This document shows, in pieces, positions 18,772 through 27,720 of a stretch of DNA of 64,000 nucleotides. Source of the stretch: an uncultured Verrucomicrobiae bacterium (GTDB lineage: Bacteria > Verrucomicrobiota > Verrucomicrobiia > Limisphaerales > Palsa-1400); contig CAVXRD010000002.1 in NCBI GenBank assembly GCA_963764165.1, positions 544,001-608,000 of the forward strand, given 5' to 3'. The position numbers and the translations under genes are program-made. Numbering within the stretch: the stretch's first letter is position 1; the number at the start of each line of letters is the position of its first letter. The notes below the pieces were generated by a model that saw only the letters and a list, made by a program, of their open reading frames with translations, made no database searches and had not been told where the DNA came from.

Positions 18772-20279
18772 ACGATTCACCACCGCCACCCGCCCCCAAT
18801 ATTCTGGATCGCACTTTTGCCGCCCCCGGAGCGGAGCTTCTGCCTTACCAAAAAGACTGGGCCAATGACTCATCGCGATGGAAATTTGGCCTGATGTCCC
18901 GCCAAGTCGGAAAGGACTTTGCCGCGGGCTTCGAAGGCGTCCGCGATTGCGTGGAGGCCGAGCTGGCCGGAAGAAAAGTGACATGGCTGATCGCCGCGCC
19001 CTCGGAACGGCAATCGCTCGAATCGTTGAACAAATGGAAAAATTGGGCCGAATCCTTTCACCTCGCGCTGGAAGGCGAAGAAATCGAACGTGCCGATGGC
19101 TCAGAGAGCCTGCTCTCGTCCGCCAGCATCACGTTTCCCAACGGCAGCCGCGTCATCGCCGTCCCCGGCCAGCCGGACACCGTGCGGGGATTCAGCGCCA
19201 ACATATTATTGACAGAATTCGCTTTCTTCGAGCGGCCTGAAGCCACCTGGCGGGCCATCCTTCCGAGCATCACCAATTCCAAAAGTGGCGGCGTCAAGAA
19301 AGTCCGCCTCATCACCACTCCCAACGGACTCGGCAACAAGGCGCATGACCTGTGGATCAAAAATTATCGCCCGCCCGGAAATTCTGCAACGGAATCGCGC
19401 GGTCAAACTGCTGCGCCGCCGGGCGCGAGTTCCCTTCTCCCATCGCCGATGTGGAAGTGCCATTTTGTTGACATACACAAGGCCGTCGCGCAGGGATTGC
19501 GGGCGGATATTGAGGAATTGAGGGCGGCGCTGGACGACCCGGAAGGCTGGTCGCAGGAATTTGAGTGCCAGTTCCTCGACGTCCAATCCGTCCTGCTCCC
19601 CTACGAACTCATCGCGACTTGCGAAAGCGCGGAAGCCACCGTCACCGCGCCGTTGGACTTCTGGCAAGCCGCCGCCGGGAGCCCGCTCGCGATGGGAATT
19701 GATTTCGGCCGCCGGCGGGACTTGACCGTCGCGTGGACACTCGCGCGCGTGGGCGACGTCTGGCAGACAATTGAAGTCCTGGTGCTCGACCAAACTCCCA
19801 CCGATCAGCAGGTGGAGATTTTGCGCCCGCGCATCCGCCGTTGCGGGCGCGTTTGCGTGGATTACACCGGGCCGGGCGTGGGTTTTGGCGATTACCTGGT
19901 GAAGGAATTCCACGAATTCAACCCGGCCCAGCACACGTTCGGCAAAATCGAGCCATGCACCTTTTCGCAAAACCTGAAAGTCGACATCTTCAGCAAATTG
20001 CGCATGGCCTTCGAGCATCGGGAATTGCGCGTGCCCGTCAACCGGGACATCCGCGAAGATTTGCATTCCCTCAGCCGCGTGAGCAATCCCAACGGCCAAA
20101 TCACCTACCGCGCCTCGCACACCGCCGACGGCCACGCCGACCGCGCCACCGCGCTGGCCCTGGCCCTTCGCGCGACAGGCGGCGGCGTCGGACAATCCGC
20201 TGCCGAATCCATCCCCCGCCCTCCCAATCCGCGAGATCTGGCCATGGCATCGGGCAATCGCAGCCGGTGGACATTATGA
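18768..20279 (+). CDS. Phage terminase large subunit (Mu gp28-like)
   Basis: LLPYQ, SRQVGKD, TVRGFSANILLTEFAF, ITTPNG, QEFECQF, GIDFGRRRD, VDYTGPG, GHADRATALAL. Confidence 0.9.
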   Translation: MNDSPPPPAPNILDRTFAAPGAELLPYQKDWANDSSRWKFGLMSRQVGKDFAAGFEGVRDCVEAELAGRKVTWLIAAPSERQSLESLNKWKNWAESFHLALEGEEIERADGSESLLSSASITFPNGSRVIAVPGQPDTVRGFSANILLTEFAFFERPEATWRAILPSITNSKSGGVKKVRLITTPNGLGNKAHDLWIKNYRPPGNSATESRGQTAAPPGASSLLPSPMWKCHFVDIHKAVAQGLRADIEELRAALDDPEGWSQEFECQFLDVQSVLLPYELIATCESAEATVTAPLDFWQAAAGSPLAMGIDFGRRRDLTVAWTLARVGDVWQTIEVLVLDQTPTDQQVEILRPRIRRCGRVCVDYTGPGVGFGDYLVKEFHEFNPAQHTFGKIEPCTFSQNLKVDIFSKLRMAFEHRELRVPVNRDIREDLHSLSRVSNPNGQITYRASHTADGHADRATALALALRATGGGVGQSAAESIPRPPNPRDLAMASGNRSRWTL

Positions 20280-20284
20280 ATGCC

Positions 20285-20629
20285 TCATCTGTTTTTGACG
20301 CCCCGTTTTCGGGCTGTCGCCGAGGCTTTGCGGCCAAGAATTGCCCCAACGTCTCGCGCGCCGTGCAAAACCCGGACAATCTCGACAGGGCGGCGCTTGC
20401 GCCTGTAAATAATCAAGTAACGCCTTACAAGCCAGAACTGCAGAGGTTCGTCCGCCAGGTCACCCCGCGAATGGCCAATCCCGGGCGTCGTGGCCAACTT
20501 GTTAAAAGCCTCGAAGATATCATCCCGCACGCGGTCAGCGGCATCAGGATTCTGCAATTCGATGGCATAATAATCCCAGATCTCGTCCAAATCGCCGCTT
20601 GCGGCGGGCGAAATAAGGAAGTCACTCAT
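20285..20629 (-). CDS. ParE/RelE-family toxin
   Basis: ISPAASGDLDEIWDY, PGIGHSR, YLIIYR, VEIVRVLHGARD. Confidence 0.9.
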   Translation of the reverse strand: MSDFLISPAASGDLDEIWDYYAIELQNPDAADRVRDDIFEAFNKLATTPGIGHSRGDLADEPLQFWLVRRYLIIYRRKRRPVEIVRVLHGARDVGAILGRKASATARKRGVKNR

Positions 20630-20892
20630 CGCTTGCGCGCGCGAAATTGGGCGCTCCGTTTCTTCATGCGCGCGTAAACCTGCTCACCACTGATGCCCTC
20701 ACCACGATCTAGTTCATTGAGGCCGGCCCGGATCTTTTTTCGCGCTTCATCCAAGTGCAGGGCTCGCAGATGATCTTGGTCCTCCAAGAGCCGCAGCCCT
20801 TCACGGATGACTTCGCTGGCAGATTGGTAGAGGCCGCTTTGCACCTTCCGGTTTACAAGCTGCTCCAATTCGGGAGTTAACGAAACATTCAT
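20626..20892 (-). CDS. ParD-family ribbon-helix-helix antitoxin
   Basis: MNVSLTPELEQLV...SGLYQSASEVIREGLRLL; 4-bp overlap with the toxin gene. Confidence 0.9.
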   Translation of the reverse strand: MNVSLTPELEQLVNRKVQSGLYQSASEVIREGLRLLEDQDHLRALHLDEARKKIRAGLNELDRGEGISGEQVYARMKKRSAQFRARKR

Positions 20893-21080
20893 ATTGATTG
20901 GCTGCCGTCAGCATATCCCGGCTGCGCCAAATACCAAGGAATAACCAAGCCTGTTATCGCAAAACGGATGTGCCAAAGTGATCGCATGAGTGAATATGTT
21001 AGGACGGAGAGGACGGGATTGAAGACCGAGGACTGCGGCGCGGGCGGCGTTTCGACCGCAGCCAAGGCGAACGACTGTCA

Positions 21081-21122
21081 CCAAATCTAGGCTATTCCAA
21101 CCAAATCCAACCAAATCCAACC
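21081..21122. repeat. 10-bp-period tandem repeat (CCAAATCCAA)
   Basis: ccaaatctag gctattccaa ccaaatccaa ccaaatccaa cc. Confidence 0.7.
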
Positions 21123-21200
21123 TGTTTTTTGAAAAATGAAATTATGGCGAATTAAGCCTTTGATGCGCGCGGGCGTTATTTTAAGCTGGCGTAACAACCA

Positions 21201-21353
21201 ATGTGGACCTTGCTCAAAGAGTTCCTTAAGTTTTGCCGCCAGGAGAAAAAATGGTGGCTGGTGCCGCTTATTGTCCTGCTGCTGGTGCTCGGCGCGATCA
21301 TCGTCTTCACCGCCACTTCCGGCATCGCCTGGGCGCTCTATCCTTTCATGTAA
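21201..21353 (+). CDS. DUF5989 / SxtK-like small membrane protein (50 aa)
   Basis: MWTLLKEFLKFCRQEKKWWLVPLIVLLLVLGAIIVFTATSGIAWALYPFM; KKWWL.P motif; below the ORF-track cutoff. Confidence 0.85.
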   Translation: MWTLLKEFLKFCRQEKKWWLVPLIVLLLVLGAIIVFTATSGIAWALYPFM

Positions 21354-21357
21354 TGTT

Positions 21358-23172
21358 GTGAAATGGATCTTAGGCATTTCCGCCTATTACCACGATTCCG
21401 CGGCCGCCCTGCTGCGCGATGGCCAGATTTTCGCCGCCGCCCAGGAGGAACGCTTCACGCGAATCAAAAACGAGCCGGATTTTCCCAAGCTCGCCATTGA
21501 GTTCTGCCTGCGGCGCGCGGGGTTGAAGCCGTCGGAATTGGACTGCGTTGTGTTTTACGACAAGCCCGTTTTGAAATTCGCGCGCCTGCTGGAAACGTAT
21601 CTCGCGGTCGCGCCCGGCGGCTGGCGGACGTTTCCAGAAGTAGTGTCCAATTGGCTCGGCGGAAAACTGGATTTGCGAAAAACCATTCGACAGGAATTGC
21701 CCGGCTTGCGAGCCGATTGCCCGATTCTTTTCACCGCGCATCACCAGGCCCACGCGGCCAGCGCGTTCTATCCTTCGCCATTCGAGACGGCGGCCATTCT
21801 GACCATCGACGCGGTCGGCGAATGGGCCACGACGACCATCGGGCGCGGGCGCGGCGATGACATCGAACTTCTGGAGGAAATTCGTTTTCCGCATTCGCTG
21901 GGCATGTTGTATTCGGCCTTCACGGACTACTGCGGGTTCCGCATCAATTCCGGCGAATACAAATTGATGGGCCTCGCGCCTTATGGCGAACCACTCTATG
22001 CCGACGCGATTTTTCGCGAATTGATCGATCTCAAGCCCGACGGATCGTTTTGGCTGAATCTCGATTATTTCAACTTCCTCCGCGGCACGACGATGACGAA
22101 CGCCCGGTTTCACGATTTGTTCGGAGGACCGCCGCGCAAACATGACGAACCGCTCCAGCAACGCCACATGGACGTGGCGCGCTCAATCCAGGCCGTAACA
22201 GAGGAAGTAGTCTTGCGCCTGGCCCGGCACGCGAAGGAATTGACGGGCGAAAAGAATCTCTGCCTCGCGGGCGGCGTCGCGCTCAATTGCGTGGCCAACG
22301 GGCGCCTGCTGCGGGAGCGTGTATTTGACAACATTTGGATCCAACCGGCGGCCAGCGATGCGGGCGGAGCGCTGGGCGCGGCCCTGGCGGCGTGGCACAC
22401 GCGGCGCGACAAGTCCGTTCCGCGCCCTCCTAAAACCGATGCCATGCAAGGCTCCTTGCTCGGCCCGGATTTTTCCGATGCGGAAATCGAAGCGACCCTG
22501 CGCAGCCACGACGCGAAGTTCCGACAGCTCGCCACCAGCGAGATGCTGGATGCCGTCGTGAAATTGCTGCAAGATGGCAAAGTCATCGGCTGGTTCCAGG
22601 GGCGGATGGAATTTGGCCCGCGCGCCTTGGGCAATCGCTCAATAATCGGAGATGCCCGTTCTCCACGAATGCAATCGGTGATGAACTTGAAGGTGAAGTT
22701 CCGTGAGTCGTTCCGCCCATTCGCGCCAATCGTCCGCCGCGAGCGGCTCGGCGATTATTTCGATTTGACGGAAGATTCACCCTACATGCTGCTGGTCGCT
22801 CCGATTCTGCCGAGCTTGCGGCTGCCCAATCCCGCTGGCATGCGCGGCTTGGAATTATTGAAACAGACGCGCAGCACGCTCCCCGCCATCACGCACGTTG
22901 ATTATTCCGCGCGAATCCAAACGGTGAAGCGCGAGGACAACGCGCTGCTGTATGAATTGCTTTCGCGGTTCGAGCAAGCGACTGGCTGCGGCGTGCTTGT
23001 CAATACTTCGTTTAACGTGCGCGGCGAGCCGGTCGTATGCTCGCCCGAGGATGCCTACCGCTGTTTCGTCCACACGGAAATGGATTATCTCGTGATGGGA
23101 AACTTTCTGCTGGATCGATTGGAGCAGCCAGCCCGCAACGTCGAGCGCCGCGTCGCGCCGCAACTGGACTAA
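21358..23172 (+). CDS. O-carbamoyltransferase (NodU/CmcH family)
   Basis: ILGISAYYHDSAAAL, QEERFTRIK, HHQAHAASAF, GEYKLMGLAPYG, GGVALNC, EFGPRALGNRS, NTSFNVRGEP; GTG at 21358. Confidence 0.92.
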   Translation: MKWILGISAYYHDSAAALLRDGQIFAAAQEERFTRIKNEPDFPKLAIEFCLRRAGLKPSELDCVVFYDKPVLKFARLLETYLAVAPGGWRTFPEVVSNWLGGKLDLRKTIRQELPGLRADCPILFTAHHQAHAASAFYPSPFETAAILTIDAVGEWATTTIGRGRGDDIELLEEIRFPHSLGMLYSAFTDYCGFRINSGEYKLMGLAPYGEPLYADAIFRELIDLKPDGSFWLNLDYFNFLRGTTMTNARFHDLFGGPPRKHDEPLQQRHMDVARSIQAVTEEVVLRLARHAKELTGEKNLCLAGGVALNCVANGRLLRERVFDNIWIQPAASDAGGALGAALAAWHTRRDKSVPRPPKTDAMQGSLLGPDFSDAEIEATLRSHDAKFRQLATSEMLDAVVKLLQDGKVIGWFQGRMEFGPRALGNRSIIGDARSPRMQSVMNLKVKFRESFRPFAPIVRRERLGDYFDLTEDSPYMLLVAPILPSLRLPNPAGMRGLELLKQTRSTLPAITHVDYSARIQTVKREDNALLYELLSRFEQATGCGVLVNTSFNVRGEPVVCSPEDAYRCFVHTEMDYLVMGNFLLDRLEQPARNVERRVAPQLD

Positions 23173-23181
23173 AACAAGAAC

Positions 23182-23589
23182 GTGAAAAGCCAGCCAAACA
23201 TAAAGGAAGATCCAAAGGAATGGCGCAAAGCCGGTCTGATGAGCGCGGGAGGATTGGCCGTCGGCATGAGCATCCTGCGGTGGCGTCACGTGCTGCCGGT
23301 GAGGGCGTGGGAATGCATTCTGGCCGCGCTCGTGCTGGTCGCGCTGGCGGCCATCGCGAAGCCGCGCCTGTTCCGCGGATTGTATCGCTTCACGACGCAA
23401 CTGAGTTTCGTGCTTGGAAAAGTCATCGGGCGAATTCTGCTGGCGGCATTCTTCTTCCTCGTGATCGTGCCGCTCGCCTTGGTTTGGCGGGTGATGGGAA
23501 AAGACCCGCTGAAATTGCGCCGGCCCACCAATGCGCAAACATATTGGACAAAGGCGCGACCGGCGTCTTCACTGGAGAATCTGTTTTGA
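23182..23589 (+). CDS. SxtJ-like membrane protein
   Basis: TM segments and GKDPLKLR...TYW tail; adjacent to the carbamoyltransferase. Confidence 0.75.
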   Translation: MKSQPNIKEDPKEWRKAGLMSAGGLAVGMSILRWRHVLPVRAWECILAALVLVALAAIAKPRLFRGLYRFTTQLSFVLGKVIGRILLAAFFFLVIVPLALVWRVMGKDPLKLRRPTNAQTYWTKARPASSLENLF

Positions 23590-23609
23590 GCACTCTAACA
23601 TCGCCGCAC

Positions 23610-24716
23610 ATGAATTTGGACATCGCATGGGCTAAGGCCGCGGATTTGTCGACCGTTCCATCGCCGTCGCTGCTGCTGGGCTTGCAGGCCATCGAGCGGA
23701 ATTTGCAAACCATGCTCGCCATGGCTGGCTCCCCTGCCCGCCTTCGCCCGCACGTCAAAACACACAAGCTCGGATGGCTGGTCGAACGGCAGATTGCGCT
23801 TGGGATTTCAACTTTCAAGTGCGCCACCATCGCCGAGGCGGAAATGTGCGCGCTGGCGGGCGCGGCGGATGTCCTCATTGCCTTCCAGCCGGTCGGCCCG
23901 AACATCGCCCGGATGCTGGCCTTGCGCGCCAAATATCCGTCAACTAAATTCTCCACGCTCGTCGATGACATGGGCGTTTTGAAAGCCCTCGCGGCCACCG
24001 GGGAGCCGCTTGAAGTTCTTCTTGACCTCGATGTGGGCCAGCATCGCACTGGCGTTGCCTCGGGACCGGAGGCGGTTGACCTGTATCGGGCGCTGGCGGC
24101 GGCCAAATCGCTGATCCCAGGCGGACTGCACACTTACGACGGGCATTTGAGCCAGACGGATTTCGCCGTCCGCGCCGCGGCCTGCAACGAAGCGGTGGAG
24201 TCGGTCGAGAAATTGCGCGCCGAGTTGCTGGCGCTTGGTTTTCCCGTGCCGAAAATTGTGGCGGGCGGAAGCCCCACTTTTCCCATTCACGCCAAGCGTG
24301 GCAGCCATGTGCAATGCAGTCCGGGAACGACCGTTCTTTGGGACGCATCCTCCGCCATCAAAACTCCCGATCTCGATTTTGCGCCCGCAGCCGTTCTTTT
24401 GACACGCGTCGTGAGCAAGCCGGGCGGAAATCGCGTATGCCTTGATCTCGGCCACAAGGCGGTTGGCTCGGAGATGCCGCATCCGCGCGTCGTTTTTCCC
24501 GATTTGCCGGACGCGCAATTCATCACGCACTCCGAGGAGCATCTGGTGTTGGAAACCGCGTCGGCAAATCGCATTTCGGTGGGCGATGAATTTCTGGGAG
24601 TGCCGTGGCACGTCTGCCCCTCGGTCGCCCTGCACGCGGAAGCCGTTTTGATTGACAGCGGCAAGGTGACCGGGCAGAGCCGCATTGAAGCGCGGGCGCG
24701 AAAACTCACGATATGA
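23610..24716 (+). CDS. D-threonine aldolase/DSD1-family PLP-dependent enzyme (fold type III)
   Basis: LRPHVKTHK PLP lysine, KCATIAEAE, HRTGV, YDGH, GGSPTF, DLGHKA, SEEH, PWHVCP. Confidence 0.88.
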   Translation: MNLDIAWAKAADLSTVPSPSLLLGLQAIERNLQTMLAMAGSPARLRPHVKTHKLGWLVERQIALGISTFKCATIAEAEMCALAGAADVLIAFQPVGPNIARMLALRAKYPSTKFSTLVDDMGVLKALAATGEPLEVLLDLDVGQHRTGVASGPEAVDLYRALAAAKSLIPGGLHTYDGHLSQTDFAVRAAACNEAVESVEKLRAELLALGFPVPKIVAGGSPTFPIHAKRGSHVQCSPGTTVLWDASSAIKTPDLDFAPAAVLLTRVVSKPGGNRVCLDLGHKAVGSEMPHPRVVFPDLPDAQFITHSEEHLVLETASANRISVGDEFLGVPWHVCPSVALHAEAVLIDSGKVTGQSRIEARARKLTI

Positions 24717-24756
24717 CCCCCAAATCAAGAGCACCGCTCGCCTGGCAGGTGAGCAC

Positions 24757-24821
24757 GGTAGGGCGAGGCTCCCGCCGAGCCATCTTCGCGAGGAATGGCT
24801 CGGCGGGAGCCTCGCCCTACC
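24757..24821. repeat. GTAG-type REP pair, perfect 27-bp inverted repeat
   Basis: GGTAGGGCGAGGCTCCCGCCGAGCCAT-N11-ATGGCTCGGCGGGAGCCTCGCCCTACC. Confidence 0.9.
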
Positions 24822-24843
24822 GAACCCCACTAGCAATTCGCGT

Positions 24844-26181
24844 ATGACATCGCGCGAGTGGTATTTAATTGCGCTCGCGGTGACCGGAGTCGGATTGCTC
24901 GTGCTGCTGGTTTCATGGGCGCGGCTCAATGCTTTCCTCGCTCTGCTTGCCGCCGCGCTGGTGGTTGGAGTGGCCGCGCATCAGCCCTTGATGGCCGTGG
25001 CCAATTCGTTTCAGGACGGTTTGGGATCCACCTTGCGCGGCGTGGCGGCGGTGATTTGCCTCGGGACAATGCTTGGCAAATTGCTGGCGGAATCGCGCGG
25101 AGCGGAAGTGCTGGCGAAGAATTTCGCGGCGGCCTTTGGCCCGAAGCGCGTGGGCTTGTGCCTCATGGCGCTGGCTCTGACGGTCGGGTTGACGGTGTGG
25201 TTCCCGGTGGGCCTTATTATGTTGACACCGGTCCTGAACAAGCTCGTGCAGGAAACGAAACGGCCGTTTCTCTATCTTGCTTTGCCGATGCTGACACCGC
25301 TTTCGGTGATGCATGGATTGATGCCGCCGCATCCCGGGCCGGTGCTGGCCATCAACGCGCTCCACGCCAACACAGGCAAAGTGCTGCTGTGGGGTTTGGT
25401 GCTGGGAATACCGGTCGCGATCATTGCCGGGCCGATCTTCGCGCGATTGGCGGATCCTCGCGGGACCAGCAAAGGCGTGGCGGCTGACGAGCCGGAGCCG
25501 CATCCCGGCTCGCGCCCGCCGACTTTTGGTTTGACGCTCTTTTCCATGCTGCTGCCCGTCGGTTTGATGACCATCGCTTCCATCGCGGATGTAACGATGG
25601 CGGATGGGCGGGTTCGGCACATGCTGGATTTTGCGGGCAATTCCTCGGTGGCGCTCTTCATCGCCGTGCTTTTTGCGCACTGGTCGCTCGGGGTGCGCTG
25701 CGGATTTCGGGCGGGGCTTTTGCTCAAATTCACGGAGGATGCGGTTGCCGCCATCGGCATGACCATTCTCATTGTGGGAGGTGGCGGAGGCTTTGCCCAC
25801 GTCCTGCAAACGACCGGCGCGGCCGATTCTATGGGCTCGCTGGCTGCGGCGATTCATCTGCCTCCCCTGCTCTATTGCTGGATGGTTTCAGCATTCATCC
25901 GCGTGGCGACCGGCTCGTCGACTGTTGCATTGACAGCAGCTTCCGCCGTGATGGCGCCCGTAATAACGGCGGATCCGACCATCAATCGCGAGCTGGCGGT
26001 GATCTCGATTGGCTGCGGCTCGCTCTTTCTTTCGCATCTCAATGACGGCGGATTTTGGATTGTCAAAGACCGGCTGAACTTATCGGTCGCCGAAACGTTT
26101 CGCGTGTGGTCAGTCTGTGAAACCATCATTGGATTGTCCGGCCTCGGGCTGACACTGCTGGCCAACGCGATTGTCAAATGA
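24844..26181 (+). CDS. GntP-family sugar-acid permease
   Basis: LNAFLAL, GTMLGKLLAESRGA, HGLMPPHPGP, RVATGSSTVA, SHLNDGGFW. Confidence 0.9.
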   Translation: MTSREWYLIALAVTGVGLLVLLVSWARLNAFLALLAAALVVGVAAHQPLMAVANSFQDGLGSTLRGVAAVICLGTMLGKLLAESRGAEVLAKNFAAAFGPKRVGLCLMALALTVGLTVWFPVGLIMLTPVLNKLVQETKRPFLYLALPMLTPLSVMHGLMPPHPGPVLAINALHANTGKVLLWGLVLGIPVAIIAGPIFARLADPRGTSKGVAADEPEPHPGSRPPTFGLTLFSMLLPVGLMTIASIADVTMADGRVRHMLDFAGNSSVALFIAVLFAHWSLGVRCGFRAGLLLKFTEDAVAAIGMTILIVGGGGGFAHVLQTTGAADSMGSLAAAIHLPPLLYCWMVSAFIRVATGSSTVALTAASAVMAPVITADPTINRELAVISIGCGSLFLSHLNDGGFWIVKDRLNLSVAETFRVWSVCETIIGLSGLGLTLLANAIVK

Positions 26182-27254
26182 GCCATCCTTTTCTCCTCGA
26201 CGCGCACCTCGACCTCGCACTGAATGCCATCGAATGGAATCGCGATTTGACGCGGCCCCTCTCCGAACTTCGCGAAGCCGAGGCCGGCATGAATGACAAG
26301 CGCGGACGCGGGCGAGGAACTGTGTGCTTCCCGGAAATGCGGCGCGGCAAAGTGGGTTTGGCGGTGGTGACGCAGCTTGCGCGTGTCAGCACGAACGATG
26401 GACTCAATCCCGTCGCCGTCTGGCAATCCCCCGCGCAGGCGTGGGCCATGACGCAAGGGCAACTGGCCTGGTACCGCGCCATGCACGAAGCGAGAGAAAT
26501 CCGGATGATTGACAACCGCATCGCTCTGGATGAGCACGTCGCGAGTTTGGAGAAAGGCGAAGCTGGCGCGATTGGCTGCATTCTCAGCCTCGAAGGCGCG
26601 GATTCGCTCATCTCGCTGGCGCACCTGGAGCGAGCTTATTCGCGAGGACTGCGCGCGATCGGCCCCGCGCACTACGGGCCGGGACGTTACGCCCAAGGCA
26701 CCAAATCCACCGGCGGGCTTCCGGCGACGGGGCGTGAACTGCTCAAGGAAATGGAGCGGCTTGGAATTATTCTTGACGTAACGCATTTCACGGACGAGTG
26801 CTTTTGGGAGGCGCTGGAAATTTACCCGGGGCCGGTTTGGGCCAGCCATCACAATTGCCGCGCGCTTGTCGCCGGCCAGCGCCAATTGAGCGACGATCAA
26901 ATCAAGGCGCTGATTGAGCGTGACGCCGTCATTGGCGCGGCGATGGACGGGTGGATGATCGTGCCAGATTGGATCCAGGGCCAGACCACTTCCGACGAGC
27001 GCGATTTGAAACTGGAGCAATTGGTTTTTCATATTGACCACATCTGTCAACTATCCGGCAATTCCAATCACGTGGGCCTCGGCTCGGATTTGGACGGCGG
27101 ATTTGGAACAGAGCAAACGCCGCTCGATTTGAACAGCATTGGCGACATGGGAACGCTGCTGGATTTGCTGCGCGCGCGCGGCTGGAGCGAGAACGACCTT
27201 GCCAAATTCGCGCACGGAAATTTCCTGCGGGTTCTGCGCCGCGCCCTGCCGTGA
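26178..27254 (+). CDS. Membrane dipeptidase (peptidase M19) family protein
   Basis: DAHLDLA, SLEGAD, ILDVTH, ASHHNCRAL, GSDLDGG. Confidence 0.88.
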   Translation: MSHPFLLDAHLDLALNAIEWNRDLTRPLSELREAEAGMNDKRGRGRGTVCFPEMRRGKVGLAVVTQLARVSTNDGLNPVAVWQSPAQAWAMTQGQLAWYRAMHEAREIRMIDNRIALDEHVASLEKGEAGAIGCILSLEGADSLISLAHLERAYSRGLRAIGPAHYGPGRYAQGTKSTGGLPATGRELLKEMERLGIILDVTHFTDECFWEALEIYPGPVWASHHNCRALVAGQRQLSDDQIKALIERDAVIGAAMDGWMIVPDWIQGQTTSDERDLKLEQLVFHIDHICQLSGNSNHVGLGSDLDGGFGTEQTPLDLNSIGDMGTLLDLLRARGWSENDLAKFAHGNFLRVLRRALP

Positions 27255-27439
27255 ACCATTGCGAGCGGGGCGCAGACCTACCGGCGCAATCAGGGAAAAA
27301 ATGAGGTGAATTTTCTTGCAGGAACGGCGTGCAGAGCGCATGATGAGAACATTGGAACTGCACGCGGGGAAAGTGCAGCCGCTCTTTGGAAAAACGGGTT
27401 GCCGCGGCCGTTCAAATAACAACCGCGGACTACAATTTA

Positions 27440-27614
27440 CCCTGCCATGCTCGTGATTAAAAACAAAGTCCTTGAACCGTAAATAGTCAGCAAGGAGCCC
27501 TAACCTCGGTAGTGGCCGACAGGCCTTGACTGGAAGTCGTAAGCAATCGACTCGGCTCCAAATGTTCATACCAGCAGTTCAAAGGAACTGTTTATACACG
27601 GCATTACGGTGGGG
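27440..27614 (+). ncRNA. ssrS: 6S RNA
   Basis: About 175-nt rod: CCCTGCCATGCTCGTG..GTCCTTGAAC pairs with GTTCAAAGGAAC..CACGGCAT..GGTGGGG; central bubble; inner stem GGAGCC/GGCTCC; TACAAT just upstream and T-run downstream. Confidence 0.8.
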
Positions 27615-27720
27615 TTTTTTTATTGGCGGGAACGCCTCCCTTGGCGGCTAATGGTCCTTGTCCTCATCCCGGATTTCAAATTGGGTTGACCTCGAAGCCC
27701 GCGGCGGTATCGTGCGCTTC

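Noticed and set aside
16197..20892. Complete prophage
   Set aside because: No integrase/transposase, portal, capsid or tail genes and no convincing att sites in the window.
21081..21122. CRISPR array
   Set aside because: 10-bp units without spacers and no cas genes; the REP pairs elsewhere are not regularly spaced arrays either.
21201..23589. Saxitoxin biosynthesis cluster
   Set aside because: Only the widespread I/J/K-like trio is present; no sxtA, sxtG or other core genes.
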